A stretch of 64,000 nt of DNA, taken from assembly GCA_009779935.1 (NCBI GenBank), contig WRAX01000007.1, positions 4,515-68,514 of the forward strand, given 5' to 3'. The notes beneath the pieces are model-generated. The model was not told the origin of the DNA, searched no databases, and saw only the letters and a list, made by a program, of their open reading frames with translations. How positions within the stretch are numbered: position 1 is the stretch's first letter; the number at the start of each line of letters is the position of its first letter. This DNA is from Defluviitaleaceae bacterium. GTDB taxonomy: Bacteria; Bacillota; Clostridia; Lachnospirales; WRAX01. A program made the position numbers and the translations under genes. Positions 45,448 through 54,997 of the stretch are shown here, piece by piece.

Positions 45448-45455
45448 CTTGTCAA
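45427..45455 (-). promoter_or_regulatory. putative sepF promoter
   Basis: Minus strand: TTGACA, 17 nt, CATAAT. One DnaA box lies in the spacer and two lie just downstream. Confidence 0.5.
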
Positions 45456-45463
45456 GTATATTT

Positions 45464-46612
45464 TTAATGTAATAGCAAGCGATTATCGACATTTTGACCA
45501 TCCACCACAATCCAGTCAAACAGGTGTATGTAGGGATTGTTGGCAGGGTTAAGTATTACAAAATCCGTTTCATTGTAACCAAATTGTAACGGAAGGGTAA
45601 TTTGGCGAAATACTGCATGCCCCCTATTTGCTACAAAAACCCCGGGCACGGTTTGGATAAACCCTAAAACAAATGGGTTGCCGTCATTACTAATTGTGTC
45701 GCCTACACGCAAATTGCTGCCGTCCGCTAAGATGTAAAACACCGTCCCGTCACTAGATGTCCAGCCCGCAACAGGCTCTACGGCGGTTTCGTTGTCAGAT
45801 ATACGTCGGTCCACAGTCATCATCCTATAACGCTCCTGCACAAAATCACGGGGGACGGGGAAGGTGCTTAGCTCCACTATGGCAGATGCGGGAACCCTTA
45901 GCCCCTGCACAGGATTTTGCTGCAACTGAAATGTTACTGTGCGATGGTTTATAAAGCGCAAAACCTCAAAATTTGTGCGCAAAACCACATAGGCATCGTT
46001 GCCGCTGTGCAGCAGGCGGTAAACCATTACAGGCAAGGCTATAAGCTCGTCACCATCGTTTATAAAAATTGTTATATTCAAGTCCACGTGCCAGTTTTGG
46101 GCATAAATCATGGGCACATAGCTGGCTATAAACCAGTCGTTACCCCGCACCACCCTAAAAGAATTTTGTGCTTGCGGGGCCTGTTCATAATCCTGCTCAT
46201 CAGATTCGGGTAACTGTATTTCCATGGCATTTCTTGGAATATTACCCATGGTGTCGGGTGTAAAGGTGTTTTCAAAGCCATCCACGTGAAAACTAACAAT
46301 CCCCGGCCGGCTTACGGCAACACCATTTGCCACTTCCTGCCCTGCTCGCACCCGCCTAAGTTCTTGCACACGAAAGGTTAAATTGCCGCCGTGGGGGCTC
46401 CTATAAACTGCCTCATCCCGGATTATTATGCCATTAAAGCCGGTAGGTTGGTCTGCATATCCCATTTCTATTCGCATTTGCTCCACATCTGCCCGCAGTA
46501 CATGGGTGTAAACATAACCTGCCACATAAACCCCTAAAAGCACTAAAACAAAAGCAAAAAACACTTCTACCCTAAGTCTGCGTTTTTGTGGGTTTTTGGG
46601 TGGTTGGTTCAT
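45464..46612 (-). CDS. hypothetical membrane-anchored protein (HlyD/barrel-sandwich-like by eye)
   Basis: RBS AAAGGAG. One N-terminal TM helix followed by a beta-rich region. Confidence 0.6.
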   Translation of the reverse strand: MNQPPKNPQKRRLRVEVFFAFVLVLLGVYVAGYVYTHVLRADVEQMRIEMGYADQPTGFNGIIIRDEAVYRSPHGGNLTFRVQELRRVRAGQEVANGVAVSRPGIVSFHVDGFENTFTPDTMGNIPRNAMEIQLPESDEQDYEQAPQAQNSFRVVRGNDWFIASYVPMIYAQNWHVDLNITIFINDGDELIALPVMVYRLLHSGNDAYVVLRTNFEVLRFINHRTVTFQLQQNPVQGLRVPASAIVELSTFPVPRDFVQERYRMMTVDRRISDNETAVEPVAGWTSSDGTVFYILADGSNLRVGDTISNDGNPFVLGFIQTVPGVFVANRGHAVFRQITLPLQFGYNETDFVILNPANNPYIHLFDWIVVDGQNVDNRLLLH

Positions 46613-46615
46613 AGT

Positions 46616-46978
46616 TTACTCCTTTTGGAAAATTATGGCAGTGGCAGTGGCATAATTCTTCTCATGGGCGATTGATAGTGCAATATAGCTGTTTTGCGGC
46701 ATTTTAACCCTGCTGCTTAGTTGCACTGCGGGGCGGCCTGCCTCATCATGGCAAATTTCCACATCAGCAGGCAAAAAGCCCGTAAAACCTGTGCCAAGAG
46801 CCTTTGCGACACTTTCTTTGGCGGCAAAAAGCCCTGCAAAGCTACCTGCCCCCTTGGGCAAGCAATAATCCACTTCCCGCTGGGTATAGCATCTTTTCAA
46901 AAATGACGGATTTGTAAGGGATTTCTTAATTCTTGCAATTTCCACAATATCCGTGCCTATACCTAAAATCACACTCAC
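46616..46978 (-). CDS. acpS: holo-[acyl-carrier-protein] synthase
   Basis: ILGIGTDIVEI and FAAKESVAKALGTG. The GTG start overlaps the upstream stop (GTGA). Confidence 0.9.
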   Translation of the reverse strand: MSVILGIGTDIVEIARIKKSLTNPSFLKRCYTQREVDYCLPKGAGSFAGLFAAKESVAKALGTGFTGFLPADVEICHDEAGRPAVQLSSRVKMPQNSYIALSIAHEKNYATATAIIFQKE

Positions 46979-48207
46979 ACCCGCCCCCGTAAAATATCCA
47001 GCGGGGCAACGGGCTGGTTGGTTTTTAATTTCAAAATTTGCTGGGCGTGGGGGGCGGCTTCCACTGCATTATCTTCTTCATCCAGCAAAATGACCACATT
47101 TTGGGCAAAATTTGGTTTGCCCGCACGCAAAAACTCCACCTCTTCACCTACGGAAAATTTGTTGCGTTGCTCCAAGGTGGCAAAGCCTGTATTTTCATCA
47201 TAATCCCGTACAATTGCAAGGAAATTGTGGGTTTGTCCACGGGCGTTGTCATCGTGGTAAATTTGCCCATCCACCCCTGGGTTGCCAAAATAAAAGCCGG
47301 TGGAAAAATCACGGTTGGATGATTTTAACAGTTCCGCAAAATAATAGTCCTTTTTGCTTTCGTACAGGGCGGGGTCTTTGTAAAAATCATCAATGGCTTC
47401 CCGATAAGTTTTTGTGACGGAAGCCACATAATACGCCGTTTTCATCCGCCCCTCAATTTTAAGGGAGCATATGCCCGCATCCACAAGCTGGGGAATGTGC
47501 CGCACCATGTTCAAATCTTTGGAATTTAAGATGAACGTGCCGCTGTCATCCTCATAAATCGGGTGAAAGTCCCCTGTGCGCTTTTCTTCTTGTAAAACAT
47601 ACTTAAAGCGGCAGGCATTGGTGCATTCGCCCCGGTTTGCGCCACGGTGGGTAATATAAACCGAAAGTAAGCACCTGCCGGAATATGCCATGCACATGGA
47701 GCCATGCACAAAAGTTTCTATGCCGATTTTGTCGCCAACCCTTGCGTGGATTTCTGCAATTTCCGCCATGGTTAGCTCCCTTGCCAGCACCACACGTTTA
47801 GCTCCCATTTCCGCCCAAAACAAGGCGGATTGGTAGCTGGTAATATTCGCCTGCGTGCTGGTATGTATCTCCATTTCAGGCACAGCCCGCCGTGCCGTCA
47901 TAAACACTCCGGGGTCGCTTATTATCAGCGCATCCACGCCAATTTCCGCCAATTGCTGAAAATACTCTGCCATCCCTTCATAATCCTCGTTGTGGGCGAA
48001 AACATTGGCGGTTACATAAATCTTAACGCCACGGCTATGGGCATATTTGACGGCTTCTGCAATTTGCTCCATGTCAAAATTTTTAGCTTTTGCCCGCAAG
48101 CCAAGGCTTGTGCCGCCCAAAAACACTGCATCTGCGCCATGGGCAACTGCTACTTGCAAACGCTCCATGTCGCCGGCGGGTGCAAGTAATTCGATTTTAT
48201 TTTCCAT
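46975..48207 (-). CDS. U32-family peptidase-like protein (YrrO/TrhP-type)
   Basis: ELLAPAG N-terminus, cysteine-rich centre (GSMCMAYSGRC...CTNACR). Sits next to a YrrM-type O-methyltransferase and mltG, as in the Bacillus yrr cluster. Confidence 0.85.
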   Translation of the reverse strand: MENKIELLAPAGDMERLQVAVAHGADAVFLGGTSLGLRAKAKNFDMEQIAEAVKYAHSRGVKIYVTANVFAHNEDYEGMAEYFQQLAEIGVDALIISDPGVFMTARRAVPEMEIHTSTQANITSYQSALFWAEMGAKRVVLARELTMAEIAEIHARVGDKIGIETFVHGSMCMAYSGRCLLSVYITHRGANRGECTNACRFKYVLQEEKRTGDFHPIYEDDSGTFILNSKDLNMVRHIPQLVDAGICSLKIEGRMKTAYYVASVTKTYREAIDDFYKDPALYESKKDYYFAELLKSSNRDFSTGFYFGNPGVDGQIYHDDNARGQTHNFLAIVRDYDENTGFATLEQRNKFSVGEEVEFLRAGKPNFAQNVVILLDEEDNAVEAAPHAQQILKLKTNQPVAPLDILRGRV

Positions 48208-49039
48208 TTTTAATTCCTTCCAATTCCTGTAAAATTATTTTGCGAAAGTCCCGCTTCCAGTAGATGTCCAAATGCTTACTTCCCTCTACAACCACATGCT
48301 TTGCAGCATTGCCTAGTCTTTCCAAATGCAACTTACGGGCTTCTTCTGATTTTTTGGCATCATCGGAACTTATCACCACAATAGGCACTTCTATGGTCGC
48401 ATCCAAAGCGGCCACTTCCCGCAAATTGTCCGGCAAGGCCTTAAACTGCGCCACCAGCGTAGGCATATGGTTGCCCACTGCGTGAATCGCTTTAAGCTCC
48501 GCATATGTGTATCCTGCTTGGATATGAATCTGCTTTTTGCCGGCCAGTTTCATGTATAGGGGAATTAGCTTTTCCTGCCACTTGGAGGGTTTTATTTTTA
48601 AGTATTTAGCCTCTTCCTTATCAGACAATACTATTTTCTTGGCAAACTCTTCCACAGTGGGGGTGGTGTCAAGTAAAATTAGGGCTTCCACCTCTTCGGG
48701 ATGCTTTGCGGCATAATATTCACAATAAATCCCGGCGCAGGAGTAGGGGAGAAGTGTATACGGCGGTTGCAAACCAGCCATTTGCAGGGCTTGGCGGATT
48801 TCCTGCATATAATTTTCGTTGGTGTGGAGCCTATCGGTGGGGTCGCTATATCCATAACCAAAAAATTCCAACGCACAGACCTTGTAATGCTCCGCTAAAT
48901 CCCGCATTAGGGGTGCAAATTCCACAGTTGGCAAGGGTAGACCCCAACCGGGTAAAAGCACGACGGTTTTGTCGCCCGCTCCCATCACCCTAATATGTAA
49001 ATTTTTGCCATCCATACTTACCACTTGTCCTGTTTTCAC
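48197..49039 (-). CDS. alpha/beta hydrolase
   Basis: VVLLPGWG and CAGIYCEYYA (Cys in the Gly-X-Ser-X-Gly nucleophile position). The GTG start at 49039 follows GGAG and overlaps the upstream stop (GTGA). Confidence 0.7.
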   Translation of the reverse strand: MKTGQVVSMDGKNLHIRVMGAGDKTVVLLPGWGLPLPTVEFAPLMRDLAEHYKVCALEFFGYGYSDPTDRLHTNENYMQEIRQALQMAGLQPPYTLLPYSCAGIYCEYYAAKHPEEVEALILLDTTPTVEEFAKKIVLSDKEEAKYLKIKPSKWQEKLIPLYMKLAGKKQIHIQAGYTYAELKAIHAVGNHMPTLVAQFKALPDNLREVAALDATIEVPIVVISSDDAKKSEEARKLHLERLGNAAKHVVVEGSKHLDIYWKRDFRKIILQELEGIKNGK

Positions 49040-49707
49040 GGTATTTTCTCCTCGTTGGCCTTGTCCGTTATTTTTGTGCAAACCAGCAACCCGTCACCAA
49101 TGGGCAAAATTGTGGATTGTAGCCGGGGATGGCTGGCGGCTGTATGCAAAAATTCGTTCAAATTGCGGTGTATTGTGCGTAAGCGGCGGGGTATGGTTTC
49201 CACATCACTGGCCACGGTGCCCTCCTGCAAAACATCATCAACACAAATAACACCACCATCCTCCAAAAGCTCCAAAAGATAAGGAAAAAAGCGGGAGTAC
49301 TGACCCTTACCACAGTCCATAAAAATAAAGTCAAATTTTTTCTTTTGGGCAACTAAATCAGGCAGGGCAATAGAAGCGCATTGATGAATTAATTTGATGC
49401 GTTTGCCCATGTTAAAATTATCAAAATTTTTGCGGGCAAGCACCGCCATCAGCGGGAAACGCTCGATGGTAATAACGGGCGCAAATTGGGCAAATAGCAT
49501 GGCAGAAAAACCAACAGCGCAGCCTATTTCCAAAATTTTCTTTGGTCGTTTCATGGTTAGCATTGTATTTAGAAAATTTACCACATCTTTTGTGATGATG
49601 GGTAAACCTTCCTCATATGCCTGTTGTTGAAGTTGCCCTAATTCTCCGTCCTCATATTTGGCAAATGCATCCAAATATTCCATCATTTCTTTGGTAATAA
49701 ACCCCAT
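49036..49707 (-). CDS. class I SAM-dependent O-methyltransferase (YrrM/TrmR-like)
   Basis: ILEIGCAVGFS SAM motif, DFIFMDCGKG, family-3 O-methyltransferase layout. Confidence 0.85.
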   Translation of the reverse strand: MGFITKEMMEYLDAFAKYEDGELGQLQQQAYEEGLPIITKDVVNFLNTMLTMKRPKKILEIGCAVGFSAMLFAQFAPVITIERFPLMAVLARKNFDNFNMGKRIKLIHQCASIALPDLVAQKKKFDFIFMDCGKGQYSRFFPYLLELLEDGGVICVDDVLQEGTVASDVETIPRRLRTIHRNLNEFLHTAASHPRLQSTILPIGDGLLVCTKITDKANEEKIP

Positions 49708-50825
49708 TATTCCACATCGTCCCCATCGGCAGCATCCCTTGCGGCGATAAATGCCAAATACTGGTCACGGTCGCTGGTGAAAAAATGCCTGCCATCACCG
49801 TCATTAAGTGCTGCCATAAATAAATAGTCTGTATTAGCAGGGTTTAATGTGGATTGAATGGCATTAAGCCCCGGGTTGGAAATGGGCCCCACCGGTAAAC
49901 CCTGGCGGTTAAAGGTATTGTAAGGGGAGGGATTGTTAAAATGGGAGGGGGCAAGCATATCATAACGGGTGTTGGTGGCAAAAACGACTGTGGAAACTTT
50001 TTCCAGCGGCATGCCGGCGGCAAGGCGGTTGTAGATGATGCTTGCCACAATAGGTCGCTCTTCCGCAACGGTGGTTTCCACTTCTATAATACTGGCGATT
50101 GTGATAAGTTCCGCCAGCGTTGGTTGCCAACCCAAAGCAAAGTGCATTTGGGCAAGGCTACCCCACATTTCTTGTGTAAAATTGTCTTCAAAAGCATCCA
50201 GCATGCGCACAATTAAATCCTGCGGGCTTGGGTTTGGGGGTAAATTATAGGTGGCGGGGAATAAAAAGCCCTGTAATCGGTTTTGTCCGCCGCTCTCTTC
50301 AAGCTCCGAAATAAAGAGGTTTAGAAAGGTGCCATGTTCCAGTTCATCTAAAAAATCACGGGCGGTAAAATAACCCATGGTTGCGGCAAGCTCGGCAATT
50401 TGCCAGTTTGTTAGCCCTTCGATAACTAAAATGCGCCCTTCTTCCACATGCAAATATTCCAAGCTGCCAAGGGCATACATGATGTAAGAATTTCCCATGG
50501 CTGTGTTTAAGTTAAAGGTGCCATGGCGGAAATGGTTAGCAGAGCCATTGAAAAATGATTCAAAGTAAAACATCCACCAGTTGTCAATCAACCCGTATTC
50601 TTCTAGAAGCTGGGCAATTTCCCGTCTGCCGGCTCCTTCGGGTATTTCAATAACAATTTCACTGGCTTCCACGGCCAAATAATCATCACTGCCCAGCAGG
50701 CTTGCACCTTGGTCAAAGGCCCATGTGGTTACAAAATAGGCCAACACAATTAATGCAATTGCCAGCCCAATATTAAACAACCCGCCAAATAGATAATTGC
50801 TGATATCCACGACCTTTTTTAACAT
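49707..50825 (-). CDS. mltG: endolytic murein transglycosylase MltG (YceG-like)
   Basis: N-terminal TM helix, LASIIE-type segment (TIASIIEVE), SPYNT..GLP..PI.NPG. Confidence 0.9.
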   Translation of the reverse strand: MLKKVVDISNYLFGGLFNIGLAIALIVLAYFVTTWAFDQGASLLGSDDYLAVEASEIVIEIPEGAGRREIAQLLEEYGLIDNWWMFYFESFFNGSANHFRHGTFNLNTAMGNSYIMYALGSLEYLHVEEGRILVIEGLTNWQIAELAATMGYFTARDFLDELEHGTFLNLFISELEESGGQNRLQGFLFPATYNLPPNPSPQDLIVRMLDAFEDNFTQEMWGSLAQMHFALGWQPTLAELITIASIIEVETTVAEERPIVASIIYNRLAAGMPLEKVSTVVFATNTRYDMLAPSHFNNPSPYNTFNRQGLPVGPISNPGLNAIQSTLNPANTDYLFMAALNDGDGRHFFTSDRDQYLAFIAARDAADGDDVE

Positions 50826-50828
50826 TTG

Positions 50829-52520
50829 TTACACCTCAATCACAACAGGTAAAATCATGGGGTTGCGTTTGGTTTGCTTCCACATAAGCTGGCGCAACTC
50901 CTCTTTAATATTGTTTTTAATATTGCCCCAATCACCGTTTTTACGCCCTTCTTCCCATTTCAAAAAGGCATTTTCCACAACCTTACGTGCCTCGTCCATT
51001 AACTTCTCGCTTTCCCGCACATAAACGAAACCACGGGAAATAATATCCGGCTTGGTGGCCAGTTGCTTGGTTTTGCCATTATAGGTTACAACAGCGATAA
51101 TCAAGCCATCTTGCGACAAAATACGGCGGTCCCGTAGCACAATATTGCCTACATCGCCAACGCCCAAACCATCCACAAAAATTGCGCCGCTTGGCACCGT
51201 TCCGTTAAGGCGTGCGCCGGCAGGGCTAATTTCCAGCACTTCGCCCAGCTCTAAGCAAAAACAATCCTCTTTTCGCATTCCCATTTCCATAGCAAGCCGC
51301 TTGTGCATTTTCAAATGGCGGTATTCCCCATGTACGGGCATGAAAAAACGGGGCTTTACCAAGGCGTGCATAATTTTTAATTCCTCCCGCTTGGCATGGC
51401 CTGATACATGCACGTCTGCAAGCCCGTCATACAGCACCTTGGCATCCTTTTTGAAGAGCATGTCAACTACCTTGCTAACCGCCTTTTCGTTACCGGGAAT
51501 ACTGGATGCAGAAATAACCACCACATCCCCCGGCTTTATGCTGACTTGTTTATGCTCCGACATGGCCATGCGGGAAAGGGCGGACATGGGCTCGCCTTGG
51601 CTGCCTGTGGTTATGATTGTAATTTGTTTGTCCTCAAAGTTGTTGATTTGGGAAGCGTCAATTAACACACGGTTGGGTATTTTCAAATATCCCAGCTCCT
51701 GTGCAACTTTTACTGTATTGCTCATAGAACGCCCAACAACCGCCACTTTGCGGTAATTTTTCACAGCAGAATCTATTACCTGCTGGATACGGTGGATGTT
51801 TGACGAGAAGGTGGCAACCATGATGCGGTTGTCGGGGTTTTGAGCAAAAATACGCTCGAAAAGAACACCCACATGCCTTTCGCTCATGGTAAATCCTTCT
51901 ACCTCTACATTAGTGGAATCACATAAAAGCAAATCCACCCCTTCTTTTCCAAGTTCTGCAAAGCGTTGCAGGTCAATATGGCCGCCATCTACGGGGGTGT
52001 GGTCAATCTTAAAATCACCTGTGTGTACAACGGTGGTATTGGGTGCCTTAATGCAAAGCCCAACAGAATCGGCAATAGAGTGGGTAACGGCAATAAATTC
52101 CACGGTAAAATTGCCAATTTTTACCGTTTCGCCGGCGGCCACGCATTTGGTTTTCACTTTATCAAGCAGTTTGTGTTCCTTAAACTTAATGTCCAAAAGC
52201 CCCAAGGTAAGCCTTGTGGCGTAAATTGGCGCATTAATTTCCCGCAGCAAATAGGGCAGGCTTCCAATGTGGTCTTCGTGCCCGTGGGTTATGACAATTG
52301 CTTTAATCCGATGCTTGTTCTGCACTAAATAGGTAAAATCTGGTATTACAAGGTCAATGCCCAGCATGTCATCCTCGGGAAAGGCAATGCCCGCATCCAC
52401 CACTAAAATATCTTGTCCATACTCAAAAACCGTGATATTTTTGCCGATTTCGTGCAGCCCACCCAGCGCAAATACCTTTAGTTTATTTTTTTTCGTTGCC
52501 AAAAAATATTCACCTCTCAT
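50829..52520 (-). CDS. rnj: ribonuclease J
   Basis: Metallo-beta-lactamase motif THGHEDHIG, beta-CASP region, C-terminal domain. The start may be the TTG at 52502. Confidence 0.92.
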   Translation of the reverse strand: MRGEYFLATKKNKLKVFALGGLHEIGKNITVFEYGQDILVVDAGIAFPEDDMLGIDLVIPDFTYLVQNKHRIKAIVITHGHEDHIGSLPYLLREINAPIYATRLTLGLLDIKFKEHKLLDKVKTKCVAAGETVKIGNFTVEFIAVTHSIADSVGLCIKAPNTTVVHTGDFKIDHTPVDGGHIDLQRFAELGKEGVDLLLCDSTNVEVEGFTMSERHVGVLFERIFAQNPDNRIMVATFSSNIHRIQQVIDSAVKNYRKVAVVGRSMSNTVKVAQELGYLKIPNRVLIDASQINNFEDKQITIITTGSQGEPMSALSRMAMSEHKQVSIKPGDVVVISASSIPGNEKAVSKVVDMLFKKDAKVLYDGLADVHVSGHAKREELKIMHALVKPRFFMPVHGEYRHLKMHKRLAMEMGMRKEDCFCLELGEVLEISPAGARLNGTVPSGAIFVDGLGVGDVGNIVLRDRRILSQDGLIIAVVTYNGKTKQLATKPDIISRGFVYVRESEKLMDEARKVVENAFLKWEEGRKNGDWGNIKNNIKEELRQLMWKQTKRNPMILPVVIEV

Positions 52521-52600
52521 CTGTTAATTTTGAATGAAAATAACAGCGCATACTTTGCGCTTTTATATTAGTAGATACTCAAAGTTCGATGCAAAAAAAT

Positions 52601-53356
52601 CTACTGAAAGTCAAAATCTGCCAACCTGTCCTTTAACATAGGCTCCAACTTGGCATACTCATCCTCGCTAATTTCTTCGTAAACAAAATTCTCTTCATCG
52701 GTACCAACTTGCTTAAATATTACTGCTTCAACCTCGTCATTTTCAATTTCTTCCGCATCAATCATTACCAAAAATGTTGTGCCGTCCTGTTCAAACTCGT
52801 CAATGATGATATATTCGATTTCGTTGCCTTCATCATCAGTCATCACAATGGTTTCTACTTCCATCTCTTCCAAATCCGTATCAATATTCAAATCCATGTC
52901 AGCCATAGCTTTTTTCTCCTCGTTTCTTTTATTTAATGCAGCCCTGTCTAAATACCCTTGAAGGATTATTTGTGCCGCCATTTTGTCAACATTTTTGCGC
53001 TTTGCATCACCGCTTGCGCCCATTAAATCAAAGGTTTGCAGGGCAGAGGCGGTACTTAGCCGCTCATCAAAAAAATCAATTGCAACATCGGGATATACTT
53101 TGCCCAGCTGCTTGGCAAAAGCCTGCACTTTGCGGCAATTTTCCCCTTCTGTGCCATCCATATTCTTGGGCAGTCCCAGTACGATTTTCTTTACTTGGTA
53201 TTTATGCAAAAGTTTTCCAATTTCTTCAATTGTAGATTTATGGTCAACAGGGTTTTTGCGTGAAATGGTGGGCAAGCCGCCCGCCGTCCAACCCAGGGGG
53301 TCGGAAATGGCAACGCCAACCCGCTTATCTCCGTAATCCAGCCCTAAAATCCGCAC
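52601..53356 (-). CDS. ruvX: fusion protein: Holliday-junction resolvase-like RuvX (YqgF) plus DUF1292 domain
   Basis: N-terminus ILGLDYGDKRVGVAISD...DERLST. Linker, then an acidic DUF1292-like C-terminus (DDEGNEIEYIIIDEFEQDGTTFLV). Confidence 0.85.
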   Translation of the reverse strand: MRILGLDYGDKRVGVAISDPLGWTAGGLPTISRKNPVDHKSTIEEIGKLLHKYQVKKIVLGLPKNMDGTEGENCRKVQAFAKQLGKVYPDVAIDFFDERLSTASALQTFDLMGASGDAKRKNVDKMAAQIILQGYLDRAALNKRNEEKKAMADMDLNIDTDLEEMEVETIVMTDDEGNEIEYIIIDEFEQDGTTFLVMIDAEEIENDEVEAVIFKQVGTDEENFVYEEISEDEYAKLEPMLKDRLADFDFQ

Positions 53357-53622
53357 TACCGCTTATTCTCCAAATAAAAATTTACAACTTCTTCCAGCAA
53401 TTCATCCCGCTCCAACCGCCCAATTAGGCTTCTTGCGCCATTGTGTGCGGTTATATATGTGGGGTCGCCACTCATTATATACCCCACAATTTGCACCACA
53501 GGGTCATATCCCTTTTCAACCAAAGCATCCCGCACTTCCTCCAAGATGGCTTGGGCACGGGTTTTCTTCTCTCTTCCTACGAAGCTTATTTTTTGGGTTT
53601 GTGAAAAATCTCGGCTCTGCAT
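53356..53622 (-). CDS. IreB-family regulatory phosphoprotein (DUF965, YrzL-like)
   Basis: [21 protein letters not shown] motif, 88 aa, located upstream of ruvX as in Bacillus. Confidence 0.85.
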   Translation of the reverse strand: MQSRDFSQTQKISFVGREKKTRAQAILEEVRDALVEKGYDPVVQIVGYIMSGDPTYITAHNGARSLIGRLERDELLEEVVNFYLENKR

Positions 53623-53698
53623 AGATAATAACCTCCAATTGGAATGACCGATGGTTGCTTCTATTTTAACCCATTTTCAATATTTTTGCAACAATAAT

Positions 53699-54997
53699 TT
53701 ATTGGCATGTACCTACAAGCCCGTTTTTATCAGCAGAATTTAGGGTTACATTAACAATTTGATTGGCCAAGCCGCCTTCATTTGACGTAAAAGCCACGGG
53801 CATATAATTGGCAGTTTTACCCAAATACAAGCCATTTTTGGAAACTTCTTCCACCAGAACGGGCATTGTTTGTCCTACAAAATCTTGATAATGCGATACT
53901 GCCAAATGATTGCCCATTTCTAAAAGTTCAGCAACACGTTGTTTTTTTACGGTTTTAGGTATTTGGTCAGCCATGCCGGCCGCTGCCGTGCCTGATTTGG
54001 CAGAGTATGGAAACACATGTAAACCGCTCAGATTAAGGGTTTGAACAAATTCCATGCTTTGGCGATGCTCCTCTTCAGTTTCTGACGGAAAACCAGCGAT
54101 AATATCGGTGGTAATACTGATTTTTGGGCGCACAGCACGGATTTGCTCCACCGCCCTGCCATATTCGCCGGCGGTGTATTTGCGGTTCATCAATTGCAAA
54201 ATCTTGTCAGAGCCGGATTGAAGGGAAAGGTGCAAATGGTCACAAAATTTGGGGGTTTTCTCCACAAAATCACAAAACTTATCAGTGACAACATTAGGCT
54301 CCACAGAACTAAGTCTAACCCGCTCAATCCCTTTTAATTCAGCAATTTGCGTAAGTGCATCAACCAAATCCCACTCTTGTAAATCTTTTCCATAAGATGC
54401 TACATGGATACCCGCCACCACAATTTCTTTGTATCCCGCATAAGCAAAAGCGGCGGCTTGCCCAATTAAATCCTCAAAATTAAGCGAACGTGATGGGCCC
54501 CGCACATGGGGAATGATACAATAGGTACAAAAATTATCACAACCATCCTGAATTTTGAGAAATGCACGGGTGCGGCTGGTATCGCTGGTAATGTGGGTGT
54601 TTTCAAAGCTTTTTTGCCCACGAATATTGGGCAAAACATCCATAATAGGTTGCTGATTAAGATTTTCTATATGATGTACCAACTGGCCACGACCCGATGT
54701 GCCCATAACAATATCCACGCCCAAATCCCTGTAAACATCAGGGTTTGCTTGGCTGGAACAACCAACTGCCGCCACCACAGCTTGAGGATTGCGCCGTTTA
54801 GCCTGCCCAATCATCTGCCTGCTTTTTTTGTCCGCTAAATTGGTGACGGAGCAGGTGTTAATAACGTAAACATCAGCAATTTCGCTAAAATCCACCACGG
54901 CATAGCCGTATTTGGCAAATATTTCTAAAATGCCCTGGGTGTCATAAATATTTACTTTGCAACCAATTGTAGTTGCCGCCACGGTTTTGCCGATCAC
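53699..54997 (-). CDS. mtaB: radical-SAM methylthiotransferase, MtaB-like (MiaB/RimO family)
   Basis: N-terminal GCKVNIYDT, radical-SAM CDNFCTYC, C-terminal TRAM-like region. The GTG start overlaps the trmD stop. Confidence 0.85.
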   Translation of the reverse strand: MIGKTVAATTIGCKVNIYDTQGILEIFAKYGYAVVDFSEIADVYVINTCSVTNLADKKSRQMIGQAKRRNPQAVVAAVGCSSQANPDVYRDLGVDIVMGTSGRGQLVHHIENLNQQPIMDVLPNIRGQKSFENTHITSDTSRTRAFLKIQDGCDNFCTYCIIPHVRGPSRSLNFEDLIGQAAAFAYAGYKEIVVAGIHVASYGKDLQEWDLVDALTQIAELKGIERVRLSSVEPNVVTDKFCDFVEKTPKFCDHLHLSLQSGSDKILQLMNRKYTAGEYGRAVEQIRAVRPKISITTDIIAGFPSETEEEHRQSMEFVQTLNLSGLHVFPYSAKSGTAAAGMADQIPKTVKKQRVAELLEMGNHLAVSHYQDFVGQTMPVLVEEVSKNGLYLGKTANYMPVAFTSNEGGLANQIVNVTLNSADKNGLVGTCQ

